In this document: piece by piece, positions 18,496-28,471 of the stretch
Position numbering within the stretch: the stretch's first letter is position 1
Layout of the letters: each line of letters begins with the position of its first letter
Source of the DNA: a virus
IMG/VR virus record: IMGVR_UViG_3300016665_000619
Span: 27,088-91,087 of that record
DNA: 64,000 nucleotides
Strand: one strand, 5' to 3'
Translations under genes and position numbers: made by a program
The notes under the pieces: model-generated
What the model was told of the DNA's origin: nothing
The model's database searches: none
The model's input: the letters and a program-made list of their open reading frames with translations, nothing else

Positions 18496-19139
18496 AAAAA
18501 GTTATTTCATTTTCTCTCTGGGGAGATAATCCGAAATATACTATTGGTGCATTGTATAATGCAGAATTAGTTTCAGATGTATATCCTGGTTGGATTGCAA
18601 GATTTTATATTGGCTCAAGCACTCCATCTAATGTTTCTAGAAAACTTGAAAAACTTGGTTCAGAGATTGTATTGATGAATGAACCTGGAGATTGGAAAGG
18701 AATGTTTTGGAGATTCTATCCTGCTGGAGAGTCTGATGTGGAAGTAATGTTATCTCGAGATGCTGATAGTCGCTTATCATTAAGAGAAAAAGCAGCAGTT
18801 GATCAATGGTTAGCATCTGATAAAGACTTTCATATTATGAGAGATCATCCCGCTCATAGCGTTCCTATAATGGGAGGAATGTGGGGAGCCCGTGGTGCTT
18901 TTCTAAAAGATATTAAGAAAATGATTGACGAATATCAAAAGGGTGACTTTTGGCAAGTTGATCAAAACTTCTTACGTGAGAAAGTGTATCCTTTAGTAAA
19001 AGATAAGTCATTCGTTCATGATGAATTCTTTGAAAAGAAACCATTTCCAACAGCCAGAAAGAATTATGAATTTGTTGGAGATGTGTTTGACGAAAATAAC
19101 GTACGTCACCCAGAGCATTGGAAGGCTTTAGCAAAATGA
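18492..19139 (+). CDS. Conserved glycosyltransferase-like protein
   Basis: KKVISFSLWG.NPKY, GMFWRF, SRDADSR (DxD), HIMRDHP.H, MGGMWG, DQ.FL; a family typical of glycan loci. Confidence 0.65.
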   Translation: MKKVISFSLWGDNPKYTIGALYNAELVSDVYPGWIARFYIGSSTPSNVSRKLEKLGSEIVLMNEPGDWKGMFWRFYPAGESDVEVMLSRDADSRLSLREKAAVDQWLASDKDFHIMRDHPAHSVPIMGGMWGARGAFLKDIKKMIDEYQKGDFWQVDQNFLREKVYPLVKDKSFVHDEFFEKKPFPTARKNYEFVGDVFDENNVRHPEHWKALAK

Positions 19140-20017
19140 ATCCAAGTATATTGATAATACAAGAACGTGGTCGTCACGAAAAAAACAGAGAATTTAGAGA
19201 GTGTGAAAACTTTCGAAGAGCTTTCAATAAACTTGGAATTAAATGTGATGTATGGGGACTTGGATATGACAATTTCAATACTCCATTTTCAGAAATAGCC
19301 AAAAATTATGATGTTCTTTTTGTTTTGGAAAACTATGATGAAACTGGTTGGGTTCCAGACTTATCAACATATAAACAACTTAAATTACACTGGACAATTG
19401 ATTGTCATTGCGGAGGTATCCCAAGATATCTTGCCTTTTCAAAAAGGTCTAAAATTAATATTCACCTAAATTCTTCGCAGCAGTATATTCAATACTTTGC
19501 TGGTGCCTGCGACAAAGCATATTGGTTTCCAAATGCATATCCAGATGACTTAATCGATTTTAAACCCGAAATACAAAAATCAAATGATATCGGATTTTGT
19601 GGTTCGATGATTGCAGATCGTCCATATTGGACAGAACTACTGGAAAAACGCTATGGAAAACGTTTTAAGAAAGATATTTTTGTAATTGGCAACGATATGG
19701 TTGATGCAATTAATTCATATAAAATTGCAGTTAACAAATCTATAGCAGATGATTTAAATTATCGTGTATTTGAAACATTAGGAACAAAAACATTTTTGCT
19801 TACAAATAATGTTCCTAACATTAACCATATCATTAAGAATAATGAACATTGTGTTATATACGATTCATTTGAAGATATGATTAATAAAATTGATTACTAC
19901 ATTGAGCACCCTGACGAGGCAAGTAATATTGCCCTCAAAGGATATCAGCACATTCAAAAAAATCATACGTATTTCAAAAGAGCACAGTTATTACTTGATA
20001 TAATCAAGCTCAAATGA
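19136..20017 (+). CDS. Glycosyltransferase (CgeB / Glyco_trans_1_2 type)
   Basis: DIGFCGS, INSYKIAVN, NYRVFETLG, IA..G...HTY..R; ATGA overlap at 19136. Confidence 0.8.
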   Translation: MNPSILIIQERGRHEKNREFRECENFRRAFNKLGIKCDVWGLGYDNFNTPFSEIAKNYDVLFVLENYDETGWVPDLSTYKQLKLHWTIDCHCGGIPRYLAFSKRSKINIHLNSSQQYIQYFAGACDKAYWFPNAYPDDLIDFKPEIQKSNDIGFCGSMIADRPYWTELLEKRYGKRFKKDIFVIGNDMVDAINSYKIAVNKSIADDLNYRVFETLGTKTFLLTNNVPNINHIIKNNEHCVIYDSFEDMINKIDYYIEHPDEASNIALKGYQHIQKNHTYFKRAQLLLDIIKLK

Positions 20018-20032
20018 TAAGCAGGCTATAAT

Positions 20033-20764
20033 ATGATTCATTATCGATATAATAAAGAAATTTTGTTTAACAAAAATATTTTAATCCATCATCATTTAGG
20101 AATGGGTGATCATATATCTTTGTGTGGCATGGTAAACTATATATCTGAAAATCAAGAACCAAACAAGCTGATATATGTTTTAGCCAAAGAACAGTATTAT
20201 AAAAATGTTAAGCCCTTATATGAACATAACGAAAGAATTATTGTTCACAATATTGGCAAAGAAAACGAATACATCGCCGCCGAAAAACTTGCTTATGAAA
20301 AAGGATTAGAGTATCTTAAAATAGGGCACGACCATTATAATTCTAGTTATGAAGTTCGAAACAACTGGAACTGTAATCAGGTTTTTTATCACCTTGCTAA
20401 TATACCATATGAAAACCGGTTTACAAAATTTACAGTAAATTATGACAAGGAAAAAGCAAAAAACGTTTTGCATGAATTGAATCCCGAGGGTAAGCCATTT
20501 ATATTTTTACATGACGATCCTAGCCGGGGGTTTAACATAAACTACAACAAAAACACTTATCACGTTATTAAAAATGATATCAGATATTCCCTGTATGATT
20601 TTATTGAAGTTTTAAATAAAGCCGAAGAAATACACTTGATGCCCAGCTCTTTTTATTGCTTAGTAGAATCATTACCAAATATTACTTCGAAGTTGTATTA
20701 CTACAACATTAGAGGTGCCCGTTATGGCTGCGGTCAAAAATATAATTGGAATATTATAGAATGA
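20033..20764 (+). CDS. Putative glycosyltransferase-like protein (GT9-like start motif)
   Basis: HHLGMGDHI motif; AEEIHLMPSSF. Confidence 0.5.
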   Translation: MIHYRYNKEILFNKNILIHHHLGMGDHISLCGMVNYISENQEPNKLIYVLAKEQYYKNVKPLYEHNERIIVHNIGKENEYIAAEKLAYEKGLEYLKIGHDHYNSSYEVRNNWNCNQVFYHLANIPYENRFTKFTVNYDKEKAKNVLHELNPEGKPFIFLHDDPSRGFNINYNKNTYHVIKNDIRYSLYDFIEVLNKAEEIHLMPSSFYCLVESLPNITSKLYYYNIRGARYGCGQKYNWNIIE

Positions 20765-21357
20765 AGAAGAAAGCCATAATTGGTAATGGGAATCATGCAA
20801 AAGAATTATATGCAATATTTGATTTTGAATATGACATATTTGATTTTGATATAGATGTGTTAGATACATCATCAAATGCAAACGTATTCCCAATATCTAA
20901 ATTCTCTCCAGAGACATATGACGCTTTAATATGTGTTGGTTCATCTGATGTAAGAGAGAAAATAGTTAATATTCTTCCTAAAGAAACAACGTATTTTACA
21001 TACATACACCCTACTGCTTTAATTTTTGACAAAAATATTGAAATAGGTTGCGGCTCCTATGTTGGTCCTTATTCTATTATTACAAAAAATGTAAATATTG
21101 GAAAACATGCTTTGATTAATAGAGGCAATCAGATTGGACACGACTGTAAAATTGGAGATTTTTTCAGTATGATGCCAGGTTCTATCGTCTCCGGTACATG
21201 TTCTATTGGAGATAAAGTTTATCTTGGAACAAATAGTTCAATTAAAGAAAAAACAAATATTTGTAATAACGTTATCATAGGTTTAAATTCGGGAGTTGTC
21301 AAGAATATAACAATTCCTGGGGTATATGCCGGAGTTCCGGTTAGAAAAATTAAATAG
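20761..21357 (+). CDS. Sugar N/O-acetyltransferase (NeuD/PglD/PerB-like hexapeptide repeat)
   Basis: IIGNGNHAK, IHPTA, IGHDC, hexapeptide repeats, GVYAGVP. Confidence 0.9.
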   Translation: MKKKAIIGNGNHAKELYAIFDFEYDIFDFDIDVLDTSSNANVFPISKFSPETYDALICVGSSDVREKIVNILPKETTYFTYIHPTALIFDKNIEIGCGSYVGPYSIITKNVNIGKHALINRGNQIGHDCKIGDFFSMMPGSIVSGTCSIGDKVYLGTNSSIKEKTNICNNVIIGLNSGVVKNITIPGVYAGVPVRKIK

Positions 21358-21366
21358 GAGTTGTGT

Positions 21367-21675
21367 ATGGCAGACACGCTAGGTTCTATAATTGATAAGT
21401 TAATAACTGTTGATATGAAAATGTGGAATAATCAAGAAATTTTATATGACATTCGAAGAATGACATTTGAAGAATACAAACAAAAATATTTTCACGATGA
21501 AAATGGTGCCGATCTTTTGTGGCAAACATTAAAAAAAGCTTGTGATTTAAATGTGCAAAGAAATCAATTGATCAATGAGGTTGATGCAAAAATAATTGAA
21601 ATGATCAAAACCGCAGTTAACAATGAAGATTTAGACAACGGAAAATATTTGCAAAGAGCTCACAAAACTTACTAA
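21367..21675 (+). CDS. Helical hypothetical protein (DUF4254-like)
   Basis: TLGSIIDKL...N.QRN.LI.EVD; AGGAG SD. Confidence 0.6.
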   Translation: MADTLGSIIDKLITVDMKMWNNQEILYDIRRMTFEEYKQKYFHDENGADLLWQTLKKACDLNVQRNQLINEVDAKIIEMIKTAVNNEDLDNGKYLQRAHKTY

Positions 21676-21683
21676 TATACTTT

Positions 21684-22433
21684 ATGATAATTGAACAAAT
21701 TAATGCTGCTAATCATGGACGTTTCTTTAAAGAAGGTTTAAAGAAAAGATGGGGATTTAAAGATTATACTGATCCTAATAAACCTTGTTTTTTTTGGGGA
21801 ATTATAGGAGAAGAACATGTTATCAATTCTCACAAAGGATTAAAGATAGTTGCGCCAATAACCAGCTTAGACTGCGAACACGCATCCAATTTAACACCAT
21901 CAGAAAATCTTTTTCTTTGGGATGATATATATCTTAAAGTTGGCTCTGAATATAAACGAAAGGCTGTAAGACCAGAAATAAAAGACTATTCATTGTTTCA
22001 GCCAAACGTATTGGGCGATAAAATTTATGCGTATATGAGAGATCCGCATGAGTTTAAACTTTCGACCATAAAAAGAATTCAAAAAAATATCAATTTCGAA
22101 ATAGTAACTACAAACCTTGTAAGTTATGAAATTGAAAATTATCTTCCTATTGAAACGTTGAAAGAGAAGTATTATGATAAATGCTTCTTGAGCATTAATC
22201 TATCTGGCAGAGTTGGTTTTACAACAATAACAGAACTGGCGTGGATGGGAAGAAAGACAATATGTAATGCCGAATATCCTCATTTCATTTCTACCATAAA
22301 ATATAAAGACGAAGATGATATTATAAGAATTATCAATGAAGAAGCGAAAAAAATAGGCACAGTTCAGCCTTCTATCAGTTGTCATACAACTGGTGAAGAG
22401 TGGATTGAAGTTGATTTTTGGTTAAATAAATGA
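21684..22433 (+). CDS. Hypothetical protein, possibly GT-B-like
   Basis: C-terminal YDKCFLSINLS..G.TTI.EL..MGRK resembles the GT-B donor-binding region. Confidence 0.5.
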   Translation: MIIEQINAANHGRFFKEGLKKRWGFKDYTDPNKPCFFWGIIGEEHVINSHKGLKIVAPITSLDCEHASNLTPSENLFLWDDIYLKVGSEYKRKAVRPEIKDYSLFQPNVLGDKIYAYMRDPHEFKLSTIKRIQKNINFEIVTTNLVSYEIENYLPIETLKEKYYDKCFLSINLSGRVGFTTITELAWMGRKTICNAEYPHFISTIKYKDEDDIIRIINEEAKKIGTVQPSISCHTTGEEWIEVDFWLNK

Positions 22434-23182
22434 ACTATTACAGTAAAAAAGAATTTGATGACAAAGGCTATGTTGTAATAAACGACGTTTTGTCAAAAGA
22501 GGAAATTTCTTTATATAAGAAAAAATTAGCATCGATTTTAGATACTCAGATAGCGGAATTTGGATCTGAAAAACTCAGTTTGATTAATGAAGAGTCTTCT
22601 GTTCGTTGTCCACTCTTATATGACAATGAATTTTTATCATTGTTTTATAACACAACTATAGATAATATCGTAAATGACATATTAGGCAAGTATTATATAA
22701 TGAGCTTGCAGAATGCCATTATAATACCTCCAAAAAAATCACATCATCAGTCATTTTATCACAGAGATATTATTCATCAAGACTTTACTTCCTCAAAACC
22801 TTTGGCGGTTAATATATATTTTTGTTTAGACGAGTATTCTGAAGAGACAGGTGGTACCACCTTTATACCAGGTTCTCACAATATGGATGTTTTTCCTTCT
22901 GTATACAAAGAAGAAACTCCAGTAGTTGATTCTGGTTCTGTTATACTTTTCAACTCAATGATATATCACAAAGCAGGATCGAATAATGCAAACACGTATC
23001 GTTTCGGCATTAATCATATGTTTACTTTACCATTTATAAAACAGCAAATTAATTTGCCATTGGCTTTAAAAGGAAAGTATAAAGATGTGCCGAATCTCAA
23101 TAGAATATTAGGATATATGACACGTGAATATGATGATGTATTAGACTTCAGAAATGAAAGATTGAGAAAGTTGGCAAAGTGA
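22430..23182 (+). CDS. PhyH-family Fe(II)/2-oxoglutarate dioxygenase
   Basis: F...GYVVI.DVLS, HRD (HxD), GGT.FIPGSH, GSVILFNS.IYH.AG.N. Confidence 0.88.
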   Translation: MNYYSKKEFDDKGYVVINDVLSKEEISLYKKKLASILDTQIAEFGSEKLSLINEESSVRCPLLYDNEFLSLFYNTTIDNIVNDILGKYYIMSLQNAIIIPPKKSHHQSFYHRDIIHQDFTSSKPLAVNIYFCLDEYSEETGGTTFIPGSHNMDVFPSVYKEETPVVDSGSVILFNSMIYHKAGSNNANTYRFGINHMFTLPFIKQQINLPLALKGKYKDVPNLNRILGYMTREYDDVLDFRNERLRKLAK

Positions 23183-23868
23183 GTAAGGTAATAATAACTC
23201 AATCAAATTATATTCCATGGAAAGGTTATTTTTCATACATGAGGAAAGCTACTCATTTTGTCGTGTATGATGACATGCAATATACAAAAAGAGATTGGAG
23301 AAATCGTAATAAGTTGATTACTCCACAAGGTATAAAATGGCTTAGTATTCCAATCGACGTTAAAGGGAAATTTAATCAAAAAATTAACGAGGCAAAGGTT
23401 GCTGATATCAATTGGGGAAGTGACCATTGGAATTTTATAGAAACAAATTATCGTAATGCTCCTTACTTTGAAAAGTATGTTGAAACATTCAAGCCTTTAT
23501 ATTTGAATCCTCCATCTGAATATCTGTCAGATATCAATTTGGCATTTATAAAAGAAATATTGAAGCTTCTATCTATTGACATAAAAATCATTAAATCTTC
23601 CGAATTCAGATTGGTTGGCGACAAGACAGAAAAACTTGTTAACATATGTAAAGAACTTGGCGCTGTTGAATATTACACAGGTCCAGCCGCAAAAGAATAT
23701 ATGGATGAAGCTAAATTTATAGAAAACAATATTAAAGTTGAATATTATTCCTTAGAAGGGTATCCTATATACAAACAAACATATGGAGAATTTGATCACT
23801 ACGTGAGCATATTAGATATGTTTTTTAATTTAGGCGATGAAACAAACAAGTATTTTAACAAGATATGA
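23179..23868 (+). CDS. WbqC-like family protein
   Basis: QSNYIPWKGYF, YDDMQYTKRDWRNRN, WLSIP, Y.TGP.A..Y, SILD.LFN.G-type end. Confidence 0.92.
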   Translation: MSKVIITQSNYIPWKGYFSYMRKATHFVVYDDMQYTKRDWRNRNKLITPQGIKWLSIPIDVKGKFNQKINEAKVADINWGSDHWNFIETNYRNAPYFEKYVETFKPLYLNPPSEYLSDINLAFIKEILKLLSIDIKIIKSSEFRLVGDKTEKLVNICKELGAVEYYTGPAAKEYMDEAKFIENNIKVEYYSLEGYPIYKQTYGEFDHYVSILDMFFNLGDETNKYFNKI

Positions 23869-24488
23869 ACAACATTCACAAAAAAGTGTCAGATTATTAT
23901 ACTGACAAAATTAATAAACATGGTTCTGTGCCTTCTGGTGTTGATTGGAATGGAGTAGAGTCACAGCATCTAAGATTTAAGATGCTCTCGAACATTATAG
24001 ATTATTCTGTAGATTTTTCCATATTGGACTTTGGCTGTGGATACGGAGCATACCTGGACTATCTTAATAAAAATGCAAAAGCCCAGTTTCAATACTATGG
24101 TCTAGATATATCAGATGATATGTTGATACAAGCCAAAAAAAACTATGAAGGTTTGCAGTCAAATGCAACATGGATAAAAGAAATACCACTAGATTTTGCT
24201 GTAGATTATACCATATCTTCTGGAATATTCAACGTCAAGTTGGATGAACCGATTGAAACTTGGGAAGCTTATTGCTTGGAAACCTTGAATAAAATTAATG
24301 CGGTCAGCAAAAAGGGTTTTTCATTCAATATGTTAACTTCTTATTCAGATGCAGAATATATGAAAAAGTATTTGTATTATGCAATACCTGAAAAAATATT
24401 TGGACATTGCATGAATACGTATTCTAAAAAAGTATGTTTGGATCACAGTTATCCATTGTATGAATTCAGCATTATGGTCAAAAAATGA
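23865..24488 (+). CDS. Class I SAM-dependent methyltransferase
   Basis: GVDWN...Q..RF, ILDFGCGYG, Y.GLDIS, SGIFN, GFSFN.LT. Confidence 0.9.
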   Translation: MNNIHKKVSDYYTDKINKHGSVPSGVDWNGVESQHLRFKMLSNIIDYSVDFSILDFGCGYGAYLDYLNKNAKAQFQYYGLDISDDMLIQAKKNYEGLQSNATWIKEIPLDFAVDYTISSGIFNVKLDEPIETWEAYCLETLNKINAVSKKGFSFNMLTSYSDAEYMKKYLYYAIPEKIFGHCMNTYSKKVCLDHSYPLYEFSIMVKK

Positions 24489-25147
24489 AAAAGCTATTGA
24501 TATTTGGAAAAGGTCTTTTTGCCGAGATAGTTCATCAATATTTTACAGATGCAGGAGAATATGATATTGCTGCATATGTGTTAGATGATGAGTTTGTGGG
24601 AAATGAAAATACGTATTTGGACCGTCCTTTAATTAAGTTTTCAGACGTTACAACTTTATATCCTCCAAATCAATACAACATGTTTATAGCTATCAGCTAT
24701 ACAAATATGAACAAATTAAGAGAGAGAATATATACGGCTGCAAAAGCTAAAGGATACAAGTTAATATCATACATTAGTCCAGAAGCTACAATTAAAACAA
24801 AGATTCCAATTGGAGACAATTGTTTTATTTTTGAAGACAACACTATACAACCATTTGTATCAATCGGAAATAACGTGATATTGTGGAGTGGAAACCATAT
24901 TGGTCATCATTCAACTATAAAAGATCATAATTTTATTAGCTCGCACGTGGTAGTTTCTGGTCAATGCACCATAGAATCAAATTGTTTTTTAGGAGTTAAT
25001 TCAACTTTAGCGCATGGAGTTAAAGTCGCAAAAGAAACTTTAATAGGCGCTGGATGCTCAATAACAAAAGATACAGATGAACGAGGAGTATACGTTCCTG
25101 CCAAAAGTGTTAAAATAGAAAAAACTAGCGACCAAATAAAACTATGA
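24485..25147 (+). CDS. Sugar acyltransferase (hexapeptide repeat, NeuD-like)
   Basis: IGDNCFIFEDNTIQPFV.IGNNVILWSGNHIGHH. Confidence 0.9.
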   Translation: MKKLLIFGKGLFAEIVHQYFTDAGEYDIAAYVLDDEFVGNENTYLDRPLIKFSDVTTLYPPNQYNMFIAISYTNMNKLRERIYTAAKAKGYKLISYISPEATIKTKIPIGDNCFIFEDNTIQPFVSIGNNVILWSGNHIGHHSTIKDHNFISSHVVVSGQCTIESNCFLGVNSTLAHGVKVAKETLIGAGCSITKDTDERGVYVPAKSVKIEKTSDQIKL

Positions 25148-26025
25148 AGTGGATAAAGTTGGGTCGTTTATATCAAGTTGAAAATGATAATCCACATCTG
25201 GTTACTCATGCAGCTAATCCATTGCCTAAACACTTACATGACGATACATATAGAGTCTATTACAATGGTAGAGACGTTAACAACAGATCATCTGTGTCTT
25301 ATGTTGATATCGATATCGTAAAACGTACGCTTGTATTGGACTATAAAAAACCTATACTAATACCAAAACCAAATAGTTTTTATTCGCATGGCATAAGCAT
25401 TGGAAACATTTGGAATATTAAACAATGCACCTACATGAATTTTATGGGGTGGAATTGTCCGGACAATAAGCATTGGTATGGTGAAATTGGATATTGTCAG
25501 TTACATTCTGAACACGTAAAATATCCTAAACTTTTATTAGGATTAAATACGGAAGATAGTATTAGTTTGTCATATCCACATATCATGTTCGATGATGGTA
25601 TATATAAAATGTGGTATGGTTCAACGATTAGTTGGACATCTGAAAACAATGAAATGATTCACGTTATCAAATATGCATCATCTGTTGATGGAATTAATTG
25701 GATATCTCATGGCGTTTCAATACCATATGAACTAGGTAAAGCGCAGGCTTTTTCTAGACCAACAGTTATAAAAATCGATGGCATATATCATATGTGGTAT
25801 TCGTATCGCAAAGGGGATGGTTCTTTATATGATATAGGCTATTCTAAGAGCACGGATGGTATTACATGGTCTTTCCCAGAAAGCAATATTGAATATTCGT
25901 CAGATGACTGGGATTCAGAGATGATGTGTTATCCTCATGTTTTTAAACATGAGGATAAAATCTATATGTTATACAATGGAAATGGTTTTGGAAAGACTGG
26001 ATTTGGAATAGCCATTTTAAGGTGA
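25144..26025 (+). CDS. Five-bladed beta-propeller glycoside hydrolase-like protein (GH32/43/130-like)
   Basis: Repeated YxMWY...YA.S.DGI.W blades; WDSEM.CYP, YMLYNGN.FG.TGFG.A. Confidence 0.8.
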   Translation: MKWIKLGRLYQVENDNPHLVTHAANPLPKHLHDDTYRVYYNGRDVNNRSSVSYVDIDIVKRTLVLDYKKPILIPKPNSFYSHGISIGNIWNIKQCTYMNFMGWNCPDNKHWYGEIGYCQLHSEHVKYPKLLLGLNTEDSISLSYPHIMFDDGIYKMWYGSTISWTSENNEMIHVIKYASSVDGINWISHGVSIPYELGKAQAFSRPTVIKIDGIYHMWYSYRKGDGSLYDIGYSKSTDGITWSFPESNIEYSSDDWDSEMMCYPHVFKHEDKIYMLYNGNGFGKTGFGIAILR

Positions 26026-26723
26026 ACATGCATAGAAAAGATATTATTGGGGACATTATTAAAAAGTATAACTACCAATCTTACTTGGAATTGGGGCTAC
26101 TTGATCCTTCATATGTTTTTAACCATATACCTTGCAAGTTGAAACATTCAGTTGATATTAATGTTCAATTTGCAACTTTCAATATGTCCACTGACAAATT
26201 TTTCTATGATTTGAAATCTGGCACACTAAGTTTGCCTAAAGATAATAAGTGGGATGCAATCTTCATCGATGCAAATCATTTAGCAAATTTTGTAAAAAGA
26301 GATTTGTTAAACGCTTTAGAATGTTTGTCGGATCATGGCACTATATTTCTTCACGACACATTACCGCCAGATTACAATTCTCAACTTGAAGATAGAATAT
26401 GTCAAACTGCTTGGAAGATAATACCATATGCTTTAAAGCATTTGCCACAAATTCATGTATGTTCTGTTTCTGAAGATGGTGGTGGACTAGGAATCGTTAG
26501 GAAGAATAAAGAAAATGACAGAAACGTTTTGCCACATTCCTATAACGAATTTTATGAATATTATCTTATGAACAGCAATAGACAGATATCTCAAAACTTC
26601 ATAGAACATTCGCAATTAAATTCATGGTTAGAAAATCCATTTTATAACTTTGAAAAACTAAATTGTCAAACTGATTTTGATATTTTTAACGATCCTTCAA
26701 AAGTCCAATTTGTTTGGAAGTGA
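26022..26723 (+). CDS. Class I methyltransferase (Methyltransf_24-like)
   Basis: SYLELG, SVD, D.IFIDANH, G.IFLHD..P. Confidence 0.8.
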   Translation: MNMHRKDIIGDIIKKYNYQSYLELGLLDPSYVFNHIPCKLKHSVDINVQFATFNMSTDKFFYDLKSGTLSLPKDNKWDAIFIDANHLANFVKRDLLNALECLSDHGTIFLHDTLPPDYNSQLEDRICQTAWKIIPYALKHLPQIHVCSVSEDGGGLGIVRKNKENDRNVLPHSYNEFYEYYLMNSNRQISQNFIEHSQLNSWLENPFYNFEKLNCQTDFDIFNDPSKVQFVWK

Positions 26724-26726
26724 CAT

Positions 26727-27362
26727 ATGCCTATAAAAAAACATAATCCATATAAAATTGTTCAAATGTTTGAGGAAGAGATAGCAGAGTATACAGGAGC
26801 TCCATATGCAGTTTCTGTAGACAGTTGCACAAATGCACTATTTCTTTGTTGCACCTATCTTAAGGTTAAAGAAGTTACCATTCCTTCAAAAACGTATTTA
26901 TCTGTTCCAATGAGCATTATTCATTCTGGCGCCCAGGTTATTTTTGATAAAAGAACAGAAACTAACAATTGGTGTGGAACATATCAGCTTAAGCCTTATC
27001 CAATATATGATGCCGCAAAAAGACTAACAACAAACATGTATATTCCAAATAGCTATATGTGTCTTTCTTTTCATATTAAGAAACATTTAGGCATTGGAAA
27101 AGGAGGCATGATTTTGACCGACAACAAAGAAGCTGTAGAATGGTTTAAGAAAGCCAGATATGAAGGTCGAAGCGAAAAGTATTATCGTGAAGACAATATA
27201 TCTTCACTAGGCTGGAACATGTACATGACGCCACAAGAAGCAGCTCAAGGTCTATGTTTATTACAAAACTATCCTTTGCATAACAAAGATTTGGATGAAA
27301 CAAATGGCTATAGAGATTTGACAGAATTTGAGATTTTTAAAACTAATAAAATTATAGAATGA
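26727..27362 (+). CDS. DegT/DnrJ/EryC1/StrS aminotransferase, short form
   Basis: FEEEIAEY.G..YAV.VDSCT.AL, YDAA, SFHIKKHL..GKGGMI (PLP Lys); only 211 aa. Confidence 0.85.
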   Translation: MPIKKHNPYKIVQMFEEEIAEYTGAPYAVSVDSCTNALFLCCTYLKVKEVTIPSKTYLSVPMSIIHSGAQVIFDKRTETNNWCGTYQLKPYPIYDAAKRLTTNMYIPNSYMCLSFHIKKHLGIGKGGMILTDNKEAVEWFKKARYEGRSEKYYREDNISSLGWNMYMTPQEAAQGLCLLQNYPLHNKDLDETNGYRDLTEFEIFKTNKIIE

Positions 27363-28471
27363 ATATGATACCGGTATATAAACCTTATGTGGCGCCAAAT
27401 ACAAAGTCGTATTTGTCATCTGTTGTTGATGCCAATTGGTATTCTTCTGGCGGATACTATTATGAAGCAGCAAAAAATAAATTGCAGGAACTGCTAAATG
27501 TTAAACATATACTTTTGACAAACAATGGAACTTCCGCCACTCATTTACTAGCAAAAATTTTAACATATAAAAAGCCTATAAAAAAAATAATATGTCAAAA
27601 TGGGGCATATGTAGCAGCTTGGAATTCTTTCTTGTTTGACAACAAGTATTCTTTAGAAGTATGTGATTTAAATTTAGAAACCTGGAATTACGACCGTGAA
27701 GAATTGAATAAAGTTCTTGCGAATGAAAATCCTGAAAATGTTGCATTGCTAGTTGTTCACAATATTGGAAATCCTTTTGAGTATAATGATAAAAGATTTT
27801 TAGTTGTTGAGGATAACTGTGAAGGGTTTTTAGGAACATATAATGTAAACAAAAAAACCGGCACTAATTGTTTGGCATCTTCAGTTTCTTTTTTTGCAAA
27901 CAAAAACATAACTTGTGGCGAGGGCGGAGCAGTAGTAACAAATGATGATGACTCCTACGAGTTTATAAACACAGTTCATGGACAAGGACAATCGGCGAAA
28001 CGTTTCATTCATTCCCATCTTGGATACAACTATCGTATGACAAATGTTGCTGCTGCAATTTTGTTAAGTCAACTAGAAGTAGTTGATGAAATATTGGATA
28101 AAAAGCAACAACTATTTAATTTCTACAGAAAAGAACTGAACGATATCGAAAGTGTTTCTGTTCAACGTGTTGAAAATACATGTGAACATTCAAATTGGAT
28201 GTTTGGAATAAGAATTCAAAACTCTGAATATGATAAAGCACAACATTATTTTAATCAAAATGGAATTGAGATAAGACCAATGTTTTATCCTATGTCTGAT
28301 CAGCCATATATTAAATCTTTTATTGAATCAAATGTTGTAAACATTCGTAGTGAAAAAAATGCAAAGCTTCTTAACAAAGAAGCAATTGTAATACCTAGTT
28401 TCCCAGACATAACAACGTCTGAACGTAATCACGTTATTAATGTTATTAAAAACTATGTGAGTTTATTATGA
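27359..28471 (+). CDS. DegT-family sugar aminotransferase (GDP-perosamine synthase-like)
   Basis: NNGTSA.HL, VVEDNCEG, SFFANKNITCGEGG, GYNYRMTNV.AAI, RPMFYP. Confidence 0.88.
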   Translation: MNMIPVYKPYVAPNTKSYLSSVVDANWYSSGGYYYEAAKNKLQELLNVKHILLTNNGTSATHLLAKILTYKKPIKKIICQNGAYVAAWNSFLFDNKYSLEVCDLNLETWNYDREELNKVLANENPENVALLVVHNIGNPFEYNDKRFLVVEDNCEGFLGTYNVNKKTGTNCLASSVSFFANKNITCGEGGAVVTNDDDSYEFINTVHGQGQSAKRFIHSHLGYNYRMTNVAAAILLSQLEVVDEILDKKQQLFNFYRKELNDIESVSVQRVENTCEHSNWMFGIRIQNSEYDKAQHYFNQNGIEIRPMFYPMSDQPYIKSFIESNVVNIRSEKNAKLLNKEAIVIPSFPDITTSERNHVINVIKNYVSLL

